64,000 nucleotides of DNA from an uncultured Planctomycetota bacterium (GTDB lineage Bacteria; Planctomycetota; Planctomycetia; Isosphaerales; Isosphaeraceae): positions 544,001 to 608,000 of the forward strand of contig CAWGMQ010000006.1 in the NCBI GenBank assembly GCA_963823665.1, in the 5' to 3' direction. The notes beneath the pieces were generated by a model that was not told the origin of the DNA, did not search any database, and worked only from the letters and a program-made list of their open reading frames with translations. The translations under genes and the position numbers were made by a program. Of this stretch, positions 33,724-43,839 are shown piece after piece; the stretch's first letter is position 1, and each line of letters starts with the position of its first letter.

Positions 33724-36700
33724 TTATTTCGTCTTTTTCCGTCGTTTGACTTCTTCATAGCGAGGCCCGTCGCCGTCCGTCACGCGCTGCCACGCCGCGG
33801 CGAAAAGATCTTTCGAAGGGCCTCAGTACCATTGGACCGCCCGCCGGGCAAAGTTCGGCCGGCTTCAGCTCAAGCTCGATAAGGTGAATGAGCTTCCAGC
33901 TTTCGATGGGCAACCAGGGCGCCTTGAGCACGGTCCATTCACCGGGAAGAAAGATCGAGCGACCGGCTCGTTCGCGCACGGCTTCCAGCACGAGCTTGCG
34001 GCCGACCAGCTCAGCCGACGCTGTCTTCAATTCTGCGGCTGTCCAGCCATTCCAGTTCCGGAGGTTCGCCGCTGTGGGCTCGGGCAGGGCGAGCACCTGA
34101 GCGTAGAGCACCGCTGCATCCTCGCCCAGCTTGTATTTGGTGCGAATCGCTTTCACGACAGCCGGGGCCGTATGATTGGGGTTCTCGGGCCACTGTCCCT
34201 CCGGTACGTTTTTCGCCAGGATCGCCTTCGACAGCTTCTGGAAGCCGGGGCTCTTGATCGCGGCAACCAACGATGTGAAGCCGTCGGGATTGATGTGGTC
34301 GTACATGGCATCAGTGCCGAGAATACCTAGAAGGCGAGCCATGTCTCCCTGGTCCTTGAGCTTTGCCGGTCGATATGCAATCAGACCTTGAGACTGGCTG
34401 TCGAGTCGCTGCTGCCGTGATAAAGCCGTCGTCAAAACGGGCTGTACCGTCCTTCGCGTTGGGCTTGGTCTTGCCTACATGCTTGCTGAGCCACTCCGAC
34501 GGCTTGAGCGGCACTTTTCGCACATCGCCGCAAAGATGAACGGAGTGCAGCGCGAGCAATGTGATCGGCGAGTTGAGCGCCATCGTAGTCTGCTTGATCA
34601 ATGCCGGCATCTCGGCTCGGCACGGATGCCCTGCAGCGGTTTCCGCATGCACGAGCGCGACCAGTTGCACGATGGACCGAAGGGAAGCCCCGAGATCCGC
34701 CTCGTCGCTCTTTTTCTTGCCGGCGAGCTCCAGACCTCCGTAGGTCTTGTTTGGGTCGACCCTGATTTCCAGCTCCCGCGGCTGGAGCAGCGGATGATTG
34801 GCCGGATCTGCGGCCGCAGCCAGGACGGCCTCGTGATTCAGCCGCTGCCAGTTCGACCTCTTGCCCAGCACCGAGAGACGTGTTTGCAGTGCTGCCTCAA
34901 TCTGCAAACGCTTGGGCATCTTTGCTTGCCAGGCCTTTTCGATCAGGTGCAATACCGGACTGCGATCGCCGGCGAAGGGGGCGGCGCATCCTTGCGAGAT
35001 GACAGCTTCATAAAGCTGCGTCCGAACCGACGGATCCAGATTGCGCAGAGCCTGCCTGCCAGCGCTCGCATCGGTGGTCTTCAGCCCAATGGCCGGCGCA
35101 GGTCGGCCGGCAGGAAGTTGTTCTCGAGGCTGTCGACGTTCAGGCCTCCCAGCCAGATCAAGGCAATCTCCGCCGGCGAGGCGGAGAGTGTCCTGGCGGT
35201 TTCCGCGAGCTCTGCGGGGGACGGTAATGGCGGCTCGGCGCACGATCCGGCCGCAGCAATGAATGCCTCTATCTGCGCGATCATAATGTGTCTTGATCTT
35301 ACAAACGTTCTTGACCTTGAAGCCAGGCGGAGCGCCGGGGGTCTTGGCTGTCGAATAGCGCAGGAAATGGTGGGGAAGCCGGTCGGCATCGTAGAATGCA
35401 TTCTCGACTGCGATGAACAAGTCTTCGCCATTTATAATCGTAAAAGCTTTTCCAGCGGTGACCTCCACGTCATATCCACCCCAGGTGTTCTTCTTTGCCC
35501 CCTCGGGATACCCGTCCATGGTGTCGAAGGCTCCCGGCAGATCGGCGATACCGAGATCAAGCCAGAGCTTCAGGAACTCAAGCCACGGCACGTCACTTTT
35601 GTCCGTCTTCTTCATTTTTGCTGCCAGCGCGCCCCAGTACGCTTGCCAGCATGCAGGGGCAGATCTTCCAGCATCGAGAACCAGAGGTGGTTTGTATGCG
35701 GAAGATCGCCCCCCCTGGAAGCTCCTTTGAGAAACTCGGTGACCGCGGCGAGATGCTTGCTCAGAGAGATCTGGCGATCGTGTCCATATGTCGGAATCGC
35801 CGGCAACCCCCAGTGGACCGCGGCAAGGTCGCTTTGTCGATCGACAACGGACGTCGCGCTCGTGGTTTCCCTGGTCGAGTCAGCACTTGCCTTGTCGCGC
35901 AGTCCGATGAAGTCGGTAGTTGCTCGTCCGGCGCTCTCGATCACGTGCGCGACTCCTTGTGCCATGCGCTCCGGCGCCAGAGGCAGTAGCTTCTTCACGG
36001 CCGAGAGGAGGCTCTTTCTCTCAACCGCTTTATTGCCGCCACCGCGCGGCACGACGTGCTCTGGCGCGCGATCCTCCTCCGCCGCCTTGAGTAACGCTAC
36101 GCACTCAGCTTGGCTAACCCCCCGCAGCTTCTTTGACGATGCGTGATGGCGCGCTTTCAGAAAATGCCAGTACAGTAGCGGCAAGACAGTCCGCCGCTCA
36201 TCCTCGTCGTCGTTATCGACATCGTGAGTTGTGGCAACCATCGTCGAACCGGTTGGATCCCAGATCGAGTAAGCCCCCACAGCAGTACCGATCGTGGTCA
36301 CCGGCAGAAACTCGTTCGTACCCGGCTGGCGGAGCAGCGCCACCGGCAACGCAAATGTACCGTCGGATAGAATCAGCGGCTTGTCCCAGCGGCGGCCGTC
36401 GATCCCCTGGCCGAAATAGCTGCCATCAGGGCGCTTGACCGTCTTCCATCCGATCATGCCGTCTTTCGTGCCAAGCGGCGAATCCGTGGCATACTGTGGT
36501 GCCGGCCTGAAATCCGAAGCACCCCACTCAATCGTGCCGCCATCCGTTTCTTCAAACCAGGGCGGTACGCTTTCGCGAAGCGGTTTTCCGGTGTGCGGGT
36601 CGACCTCTCTGATCTTCCAGCGGTGCTCACCCGATTGCGGGTCGTACTCAGGGTTTACGCGCCAGAATCGCTTCCCGTCGTGAATGTAACCTTGTGACTG

Positions 36701-38782
36701 CGGCATCTGCTTGTCGCCCGGACGAACGGCTGTTTCGCCCAGGAATACGCTTCCATCGTCCAGTACAGTCGCCGTTCGTTGCGCGGCGCTCCGGAAGTAC
36801 CAGTAGCTGGAGGCGTCGTACTGTTGCGCGGGATCGCTGACCCAATAGAAGCGTCCCTGGTACTTTTCGTCGCGATAATTGATCGCCAGATCGTCGCCGA
36901 CGGCGACGATCGTGACAATCTCGCTCTTTTTCGGCAAACGCAATTCATGTTTCCGCTCCTTGCCGTCGCCCCCGATGACGATCGCATGAATCTTGTCGGC
37001 AACAACGATGCTGGGAAACGTGAGATGGACATTCGTGTCCCGGAGAGAAGAGCGTTGAGTCTTGATGTTGCTGCGATCGATCGCCTCCTCAAGAACAGGC
37101 AGGCCGTATTCTTCGAAGACGCCGGCCGCTAGCGTTCGCCGCAGCATGGCGGCAGGATCGACGCGCAACAGGCGCTCCGCAAGATCCGGAAACAGTCGCA
37201 GTGCATCCGGCCAGAGAGTCGAGTCGAGTCGACTCAAAGCCAGCTCAAAGCTGGCCAGCCCGCTCTCTTCCAGAATGTCGATGAGGCCCGATGTGTGCAG
37301 CCGCCACAACTGACTGATTCCGGGCCGATCGCGGGCAGCCAGGGGGAACGCCCGCTGTTCGAGCGCGGCCTGCTGATAGCCTCGCTGCACCGCGCCACCG
37401 CGACAGGCCAGCGCCTGCTCGAGGCCGCTGAGAATCGCTCTTTTGAAGCGCTCATCCTTGGCCGATAGGACGACATCCTGATTGCGGAGCGGATGGTCAA
37501 CCTTCGCAGACAACCAACCCGAGAAAATCACCTCGAACTCCGGCGGCGGATCGCCGACTTTGATCCCCGACACGAGGCACGCTTCGAGCACATCGATGTC
37601 GATGTCCGTGCTGCGGTATCGGTCGGCAATCGAAAGCAAGAAGGGTTCGTTCTCCTTCCTGAGCCGCGGTACCAGTTTCTCGAGCATTTGAAACGTACGC
37701 TCCGGGGCCGGGACCCCATCGCGCACGATGCGGCTGAACCAGATGGCAATCGGCTCTCCCAGGGGCGGCGCTCCCTTGTGCTCATCTTTCCACAGGTATT
37801 CGAGAACTCCCCACTCATCGAGCAACTCGAACCAGGGCCCCAGCTTGCTATCGCCGTAGTGCCGCGGGTCAGGCTTCGTGTGCTTGAGGAGCGCGATTGC
37901 GAACGCCGGATTGCGAGCCACGATCCGCTTGCAGTGGCTGCTGCACGTCTTCCAGAACTGGAGTGGCGGCCGACCCATCGCGGGCGATTCGATGACCTCT
38001 TCGAGCCACTTCTCCAGTTCCTTGTCAGCATCGAGACGGGCGGCCTTGGCGAGCTTCATGAAATCCTTGGGCAGCGTGGCCCAGGGTGGCATGCCGCCGT
38101 TCGTGCGGCGCACGCACAGGTCGCGAAAGATGTCAAACGCCTCATTCGGCGGATAATGACCCTGCAAGTCGGCGCCGTAATCAGAAAGCGCGTTACTCGT
38201 CAAGCAGCCCGACAGGACGAATTCCAGTATGACGTCGCGCCGGCGTGCACGATCAGACTCGAGCGCATGGACCCGCTCGGCCTCGAGCGACTTGTTGAGC
38301 GCCCTGCCGGCGTAGGTCGGGTTGTCGATATCCTTGAAAGCTCGCCCCGCTTCCTCCCAGAACGGGGGCAAGAAATGGCGCACCGAGCGGCCGAGCTCCT
38401 GGGCCATTGCGGTGTAGGCATCCCACGCGTGGCCGGGCTTCGACCTGGCCTGGCGCGCTGCCGCCTTCATTTGCTTGACGAGGTCGAGCGCGATGCGGGC
38501 GTTCGCCGGATCATTGATGAGCGCCCAGGCCGCGAACCCCAGGCTGCGGCGTTGTTGCACCGCCAAGGGCGCAGAGACCTCAGGCGCGACGAACCCCAGG
38601 AACTCCATCGCCAGGTCTTCGGCCTGGCCCAGACGATCGGGCGCGAGGCGAATCACCGTGCGGTCGCCAAGCGCGGGGTGGCTATAGGCCCGAGCGACGA
38701 CCTGTTCGGTCGACGCCGCGTCGACCTTGGCCTTCGGAAGGAGGAGTCCGCCTGCTTCGAGCCCGGCTGCTGCATTGCTCAT
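33724..38782 (-). CDS. Giant hypothetical protein, copy 2; 5' two-thirds intact, five indels in the 3' third (near 35651, 35275, 35095, 34406, 33811)
   Basis: Colinear with 27476..32513 along its length; start MSNAAAGLEAGG overlaps the DUF4132 stop; indels located by comparison with copy 1. Confidence 0.78.
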
Positions 38783-39708
38783 TCCGCACCTCCTTCCTGC
38801 TTCTCCACCTTGCGTTTCGCATAAATCTGCGAAGCCATCCGCACGCCTTCGCTGAAGGTGACGCGGCCCACCTCGGCGATCTTCACCGGCTTCTGGTCGC
38901 CGTCCACAAAAATCAACTCTCCGGTGTACGCCTCTGACTCGGGAGAATCGCTGCCGATCCAGTAGCGGGCCTCGATCGGACTGGCGTTCTCCCAGACCTT
39001 GCTGCACGCGTAACCGCCGCGCACCGGATAGCCGAGCCGCCGGCAGAGTGAGCTGGCAAAATTCAGTTGCTCAAACCGACCATTGCTGAAATCCATGATC
39101 TTTGATAGTTCTTGCTGCGGCTTCGTCGCGGCGAAGGTTGGGCGGAACATCTGCTCAATCGCTTGAGAGAACCCCATGTCGACGGCAATCTCGCGCAGCT
39201 CGTCGAGCCCGTCGATCAGTATCGGATGGGGGATCAATATCTGCACGGCAGCGATCCATTGCGTTTCGCCGTCGCGATCGATCACGCCAATGCCTTTCTT
39301 CGGGTCAACGTCGCGAAGCAGCCCGGTCTGTGTCGCATTGATCTTGCCGCTCGCATCGGCGGGGCTCACCACCAGGTTGCGCAGCATCTCGACCCAATCC
39401 CGATCAGACCAGACCGCCCGCACGACATCGCAAGGCACGGGAAGGGAGCGCAGCATCCACATCTCGACGCGGTGCAGACACTCGGTCCGATGGTCGGCGA
39501 GCCACTCGCAGAGCGCGGTGAGCTGCTCCGCGAGGGCCGACTCTTTCAGCTCTTTCGGAACCGATGCCAGCTTCTTACCCGCGGGGTTGCGGCAGATCAG
39601 CTTGCCGTTATCAATTGCGAGGGCGTAGTTGTTCTCAGCATCCAGCCAGGCGATCTCGTCGGCCGAGGGTTTCCCGGGCTGTTTGTCTGCTGTGCGCGAC
39701 TTGGCCAT
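38779..39708 (-). CDS. DUF4132-like protein, copy 2 (intact, about 309 aa)
   Basis: GKKLASVPKELK, C..RVE.WMLRSLPVP, HPILI, Q.FRP, GRVTFSEGVR; GGAG RBS. Confidence 0.8.
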   Translation of the reverse strand: MAKSRTADKQPGKPSADEIAWLDAENNYALAIDNGKLICRNPAGKKLASVPKELKESALAEQLTALCEWLADHRTECLHRVEMWMLRSLPVPCDVVRAVWSDRDWVEMLRNLVVSPADASGKINATQTGLLRDVDPKKGIGVIDRDGETQWIAAVQILIPHPILIDGLDELREIAVDMGFSQAIEQMFRPTFAATKPQQELSKIMDFSNGRFEQLNFASSLCRRLGYPVRGGYACSKVWENASPIEARYWIGSDSPESEAYTGELIFVDGDQKPVKIAEVGRVTFSEGVRMASQIYAKRKVEKQEGGAE

Positions 39709-39974
39709 GAGTAACTCCACGAAGTCGTTCACGGTGATCAAACAGGCTTTCGATCCCGAATGAAGCGATCGGTGTTGCGAATGGGTTTCGGGAACTGTAA
39801 AAAATGGCTGCTGTGTGGCCTCGGGTCTTGTCTCCGATCAGTAATTCCAGCCGCTCGGGCAATTCCCCAGGAGTATAATGGCGATGCTCGCGCGATTCCA
39901 CTTTGGGCCGAGAAGATCAGCACAGCGCGTTTCTCTTTCAATCCAGATTGCTCCTCTCCACGGCGAGGTGAACC

Positions 39975-41372
39975 ATGACACGAACAAACCGCGTCACTTT
40001 TGCGTCCATCGCCGCTTGCGTGTTTGGCCTCGCTGGAACAACTCGAGGTGCCGGAGGATACCTGACGGTGGATCGTCCCGTATCCACCGCTCAGAAACCG
40101 GCTGAACCGGTGGCCACGGCAGAGACGGCGCCAGCCCAGCCAGCGGAATCCTCCAATCGCACCTTCGACAAGAACAGCCCCTTCTATTTCGATGGCACTA
40201 TTTCGCGCCAGACGCTGGAAAACTATCTGGATCGAGCAATCACCATGGGCTATTTCCTGGTTCCCGGCCAGCCGGAGGGTTACCAGTTTCCGTATCGGGA
40301 TGATGATGTCCGCATGATCCACAACCTCGGCGCCAAATTCATCGGCCGGGCCATCTACCGCTGGGGCCAGGAGTCCAAACTAGGAGATCCCGCTTTTTTG
40401 GAGTATGCCAAAAAAATGGTGGATAGGGTGCATGCCGCCGATCCCGAAGTCGTTTTCCAGGGCTGCCTTTTTGAACAGGTCACCACCGATGTTGATAAAC
40501 TGAAGATTCCTGCTTGGGTTTTCGCAGACTTTGGCCTGCCCGTTGAGGACCGGACCTTTTCCTGCGCTGCGATCATCAAGCGGGAAGGCCGGCCTGGCAG
40601 GCGTGGCGGCCGCGGCGGAGTGCCGATTATCAACAATCTTGAAACCCGGCTTTGGTTCTATTACCTCGCCGTCTCCTATATCAACATCGGTTGTGAAGCC
40701 TTCCACCTGGGCCAGGTCGGACTCATTGGCGCGGATGACAAGGATCTGAAAGTCTATTCGGAGTTTCTGGCCAAAGTGCGGACTTATGCAAAACTGCACG
40801 CCCGCCGCCATCTGGTGCTACTGGACGGTCATGTGCCGTCCGGTGGCATGGTCAAGGACGGGGTCAGTCTTTTGGATTTCAATTCGTTTCCGATGCGCAT
40901 CAAGGCGGTTCCGGGTAAGCCGCATGAGGCCATCTTGGAAGTCGGTCACCTTGATGCGATATTCAAAAGAAGCAAGGGCTGCATTTCGCCCAGCGGCTGG
41001 CGTTGTGATAGTTTGCCTTACCTTGTTGAATTTGACAATTTTGGCCGGGGGCCGAACCCGAATGTGGCTGACCCCAAATCAATGTTCTGCTGGGGATGGG
41101 ATGAGATTTCATGGTTTGCGCAGCAACCGGAGGAATACCGAAACCAATGGCTCCGCTATGCCCACACTTGGATCAAGCAAACCGACCCTAGTGGCCACCT
41201 CGAAATGCCGGGAACCCGGATGATCTCCTGTCCCAATGAAACCCTGCGCACCTACTTTGCCAACACCAAGAGCCCAGCCTGCCCGGTCGGCTATTCCCAG
41301 GAAGAAACCATAAAAAAAATCTGGAACCGGGGTCAATCTCCCCCGCCAGCATCAGTGGGACGACGGCTGTAA
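39975..41372 (+). CDS. Secreted hypothetical protein (possibly a glycoside-hydrolase-like barrel)
   Basis: GAGG RBS, N-terminal signal-like segment, globular Trp/Tyr-rich body (YLVEFDNFG, WGWDEISWF). Confidence 0.8.
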   Translation: MTRTNRVTFASIAACVFGLAGTTRGAGGYLTVDRPVSTAQKPAEPVATAETAPAQPAESSNRTFDKNSPFYFDGTISRQTLENYLDRAITMGYFLVPGQPEGYQFPYRDDDVRMIHNLGAKFIGRAIYRWGQESKLGDPAFLEYAKKMVDRVHAADPEVVFQGCLFEQVTTDVDKLKIPAWVFADFGLPVEDRTFSCAAIIKREGRPGRRGGRGGVPIINNLETRLWFYYLAVSYINIGCEAFHLGQVGLIGADDKDLKVYSEFLAKVRTYAKLHARRHLVLLDGHVPSGGMVKDGVSLLDFNSFPMRIKAVPGKPHEAILEVGHLDAIFKRSKGCISPSGWRCDSLPYLVEFDNFGRGPNPNVADPKSMFCWGWDEISWFAQQPEEYRNQWLRYAHTWIKQTDPSGHLEMPGTRMISCPNETLRTYFANTKSPACPVGYSQEETIKKIWNRGQSPPPASVGRRL

Positions 41373-41412
41373 ACTCCTCGTGGCTGGGGAATGGCGTATC
41401 GTGCTGGATCAA

Positions 41413-41428
41413 TGCTCCTTCAGGAGCA
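41413..41428. terminator. Short hairpin TGCTCC-TTCA-GGAGCA between convergent genes
   Basis: Perfect 6-7 bp stem, but no U-tract. Confidence 0.3.
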
Positions 41429-41578
41429 ATTAGAGGACGCGAGGCGCCTGGGTTGGCAAAGCCGTCTCACCCGAACCACCCGCGGCTGAGTTTTTGCTGG
41501 ATTGTGTCCAAGCGTTGACGCGGCAAACATGATCTTGCGCGGGTCGGTCCGACACACCGATGCGCGCTCGTGTCGACT

Positions 41579-42385
41579 TTAAGTGGGTCTTGATAATGAG
41601 ATTGAGAATCGATGCCGCACGGTTATGGGAACGTAGTAGTCCAGCGCGTCGTATGACAGGGCCGTGAAGGGGCGATTCGAAACAACCCAAGGCAACGCCT
41701 CATTTGCCCAGATAGAATCGATTTGACGCTGGTTATTGAGAGCAATTTCGACATTCAGACGCATGATGATCGGCTCTAAGTAGTCCCTGACGCGGCGGTC
41801 ATAAAGGTCGAGGAGGCTGGGTCGATCAAGTCCGAGAACCCAATTTGTGCGGTCGCCCCTCGCACTTCCATTTTTCGGCAGTGGCCTCCATTTGTGCTTC
41901 GGCAGGGCCGGATGATACTGGAACTTGATGTGGCCTATCGGGTTCTCGACGCACGGATCGATGAGTAAGGCTAATTCGGAACCGGGCGGCCTCTGCTCAT
42001 GTACCAACGCAACGCTGCCTGCCGCCAAGGGAAAGACATCGTTCTTCTCAGTTCTATTGCAATTCGGACACGCAAACATCAGGTTTTGCCAAGTCCATGC
42101 AAGCCACCAATATCCGTGGTTCGGGAAGCCCGCTCCTCGATCGGCGCTCAGTTTTGGTCGATAGTGCTCGACGTCATTATGAGAAGGCTCAATATTATTC
42201 CGTTCGCAGTAACAACATTTGAAGTGCTGTACAGCACATAGATCATCTTTAACTATTTGATAGGCGATTCCCAAGGTGACCTTGTCAAGCGTCCCGGCTG
42301 CGTGGTGAGCCCGCGCATTTGCTAGTGCCGCTCGACGGATCGGCCGGAGTTTTGCAGGCTCTCGACCTCGGCGTATTCGTATCAT
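41579..42385 (-). CDS. HNH endonuclease, PtuB/Septu- or retron-effector-like
   Basis: KCCYCE, VEHYRPK, YWWLAWTWQNLMFACPNCN, LLIDP; ATGA overlap with the upstream ATPase. Confidence 0.88.
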   Translation of the reverse strand: MIRIRRGREPAKLRPIRRAALANARAHHAAGTLDKVTLGIAYQIVKDDLCAVQHFKCCYCERNNIEPSHNDVEHYRPKLSADRGAGFPNHGYWWLAWTWQNLMFACPNCNRTEKNDVFPLAAGSVALVHEQRPPGSELALLIDPCVENPIGHIKFQYHPALPKHKWRPLPKNGSARGDRTNWVLGLDRPSLLDLYDRRVRDYLEPIIMRLNVEIALNNQRQIDSIWANEALPWVVSNRPFTALSYDALDYYVPITVRHRFSISLSRPT

Positions 42386-43722
42386 GGGCGATCAACGGGT
42401 TGTAGGCCAGGTTCCAGCCCGATTCGCCGGAGTTGCTGCTGAAGCCTCATCATTTCAGCTTCCTCTTCGTCCGTGCGGTTAGGGTTGGTCGCGATATAGC
42501 CATATCGATAGAGTGCTTCGCCGGTATCGCTCGGAAAGAGCCTGTCTATTCCGAAAAACGTTTGATAAATCTGACTCCCGCTCAGAAGAGCCGGGCTTTC
42601 GCCCGCCAGCTCGTAGGTGACATTTCCCGCCCCGTTGAGTTTCAAATGAATAATCTCGTCTTTCTCAAGGCCCGGGAGCAGCATCGGGGAATGAGTCGTG
42701 ACGACAAACTGAATTCTAGGGAATGTTGCTTTCAGCGCTCGAACTAGACCGACTTGCCAAAGTGGGTGAAGATGTAGGTCCAACTCGTCGATAAGAACTA
42801 GCCCTTCCATTTCGCTGAGATCTACGTCGGCCTGCGCGTCCCAGAACATCTGGCCTACGACATCGGCAAGCCATGAGATGGTTGCCTGGTAGCCCTGGGA
42901 TAGCCAAGTCGCTGGCACACGAACGATTTCCCCGCCCGACCTGAACTCAAAGCGATGCGACTCGACTAGGTGCTTGGCGGATTTGACTCCTCCCTTTCCG
43001 CGCAACTCTAATCGGTCGATGCGCGGTAATATCCCGGCATGGTCCAGAAGTGAATGCTGTAAAACACGGGCATAGGATTTGACCAGTTTTTCCTGCAATA
43101 GATCTGCGAAGCCGGTTCCGACAATGCGTCCGCGGTCAAATAGTGATGCAAGTCGCTCTAGTGCCGGCGAGCTGATGCTTTCGGCGCTGAAGGGCAATGG
43201 AAGCGAGCGCGCTGTGCCATAGCCTGCTACGAACCAATAAGGTAGCCCCTTCCCCCTCGCTTCCTTTAACGGATCTGGCGCCAGCGCATTTCTCCGACGG
43301 CGATTTGTTTCAAGGGAATTCTCATCACTGGAAGTGAGATATTGAGAGTCTCCTTGAAATAGCGACCAACCGGATTGGATTGTCACCGACGACCTCAGGC
43401 CGATTGGCTTACTCTGACTACCATTTAGGCCAGGATACGTCCTCTTATCTTTGCATCTCGTGCCGAACTCGAATGCTGCGTCGATTTGGACTACTGCTTG
43501 CTTTTTCCGTCTGTCGGGTAACGCAGGGATGATCTCCTGGAAAAAATTAGCGCTATCTGCACCAATTGCTGCTAGCGCGATTGCTTGAAGGATAGATGTC
43601 TTGCATAGTCCGTTCTCTCCGACAAGGACAGTCCACATCCGAGGACCACTGGGCCCAGAGAAGGGTAGTCGCATATCACTTATCAGCTTCATGTTCTCAA
43701 TATTAATAGATTTAATGTACAT
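42382..43722 (-). CDS. ABC-type (AAA_21/AAA_15-like) ATPase, PtuA/Septu-like
   Basis: MYIKSINIEN, Walker A GENGLCKT, signature LSQGYQ, Walker B/D-loop LIDELDLHLHP, H-loop TTHSP; visibly more AT-rich than the flanks. Confidence 0.88.
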   Translation of the reverse strand: MYIKSINIENMKLISDMRLPFSGPSGPRMWTVLVGENGLCKTSILQAIALAAIGADSANFFQEIIPALPDRRKKQAVVQIDAAFEFGTRCKDKRTYPGLNGSQSKPIGLRSSVTIQSGWSLFQGDSQYLTSSDENSLETNRRRRNALAPDPLKEARGKGLPYWFVAGYGTARSLPLPFSAESISSPALERLASLFDRGRIVGTGFADLLQEKLVKSYARVLQHSLLDHAGILPRIDRLELRGKGGVKSAKHLVESHRFEFRSGGEIVRVPATWLSQGYQATISWLADVVGQMFWDAQADVDLSEMEGLVLIDELDLHLHPLWQVGLVRALKATFPRIQFVVTTHSPMLLPGLEKDEIIHLKLNGAGNVTYELAGESPALLSGSQIYQTFFGIDRLFPSDTGEALYRYGYIATNPNRTDEEEAEMMRLQQQLRRIGLEPGLQPVDRP

Positions 43723-43839
43723 CTAGCGAGACCGAAAGCCCCCCCCCCTCGATTCGACAGAGTGCAGTATGTCGAAGGTAGTGTAACAGGTTTCCGATGT
43801 CCGGCTCGTGTCTGTTCCGTAGGACGAGCCAAGAAGCTA

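Noticed and set aside
27350..39720. Duplication as a simple assembly repeat error
   Set aside because: The copies differ by many substitutions and have distinct deletions and a unique junction; a strain chimera remains possible and is listed as a test
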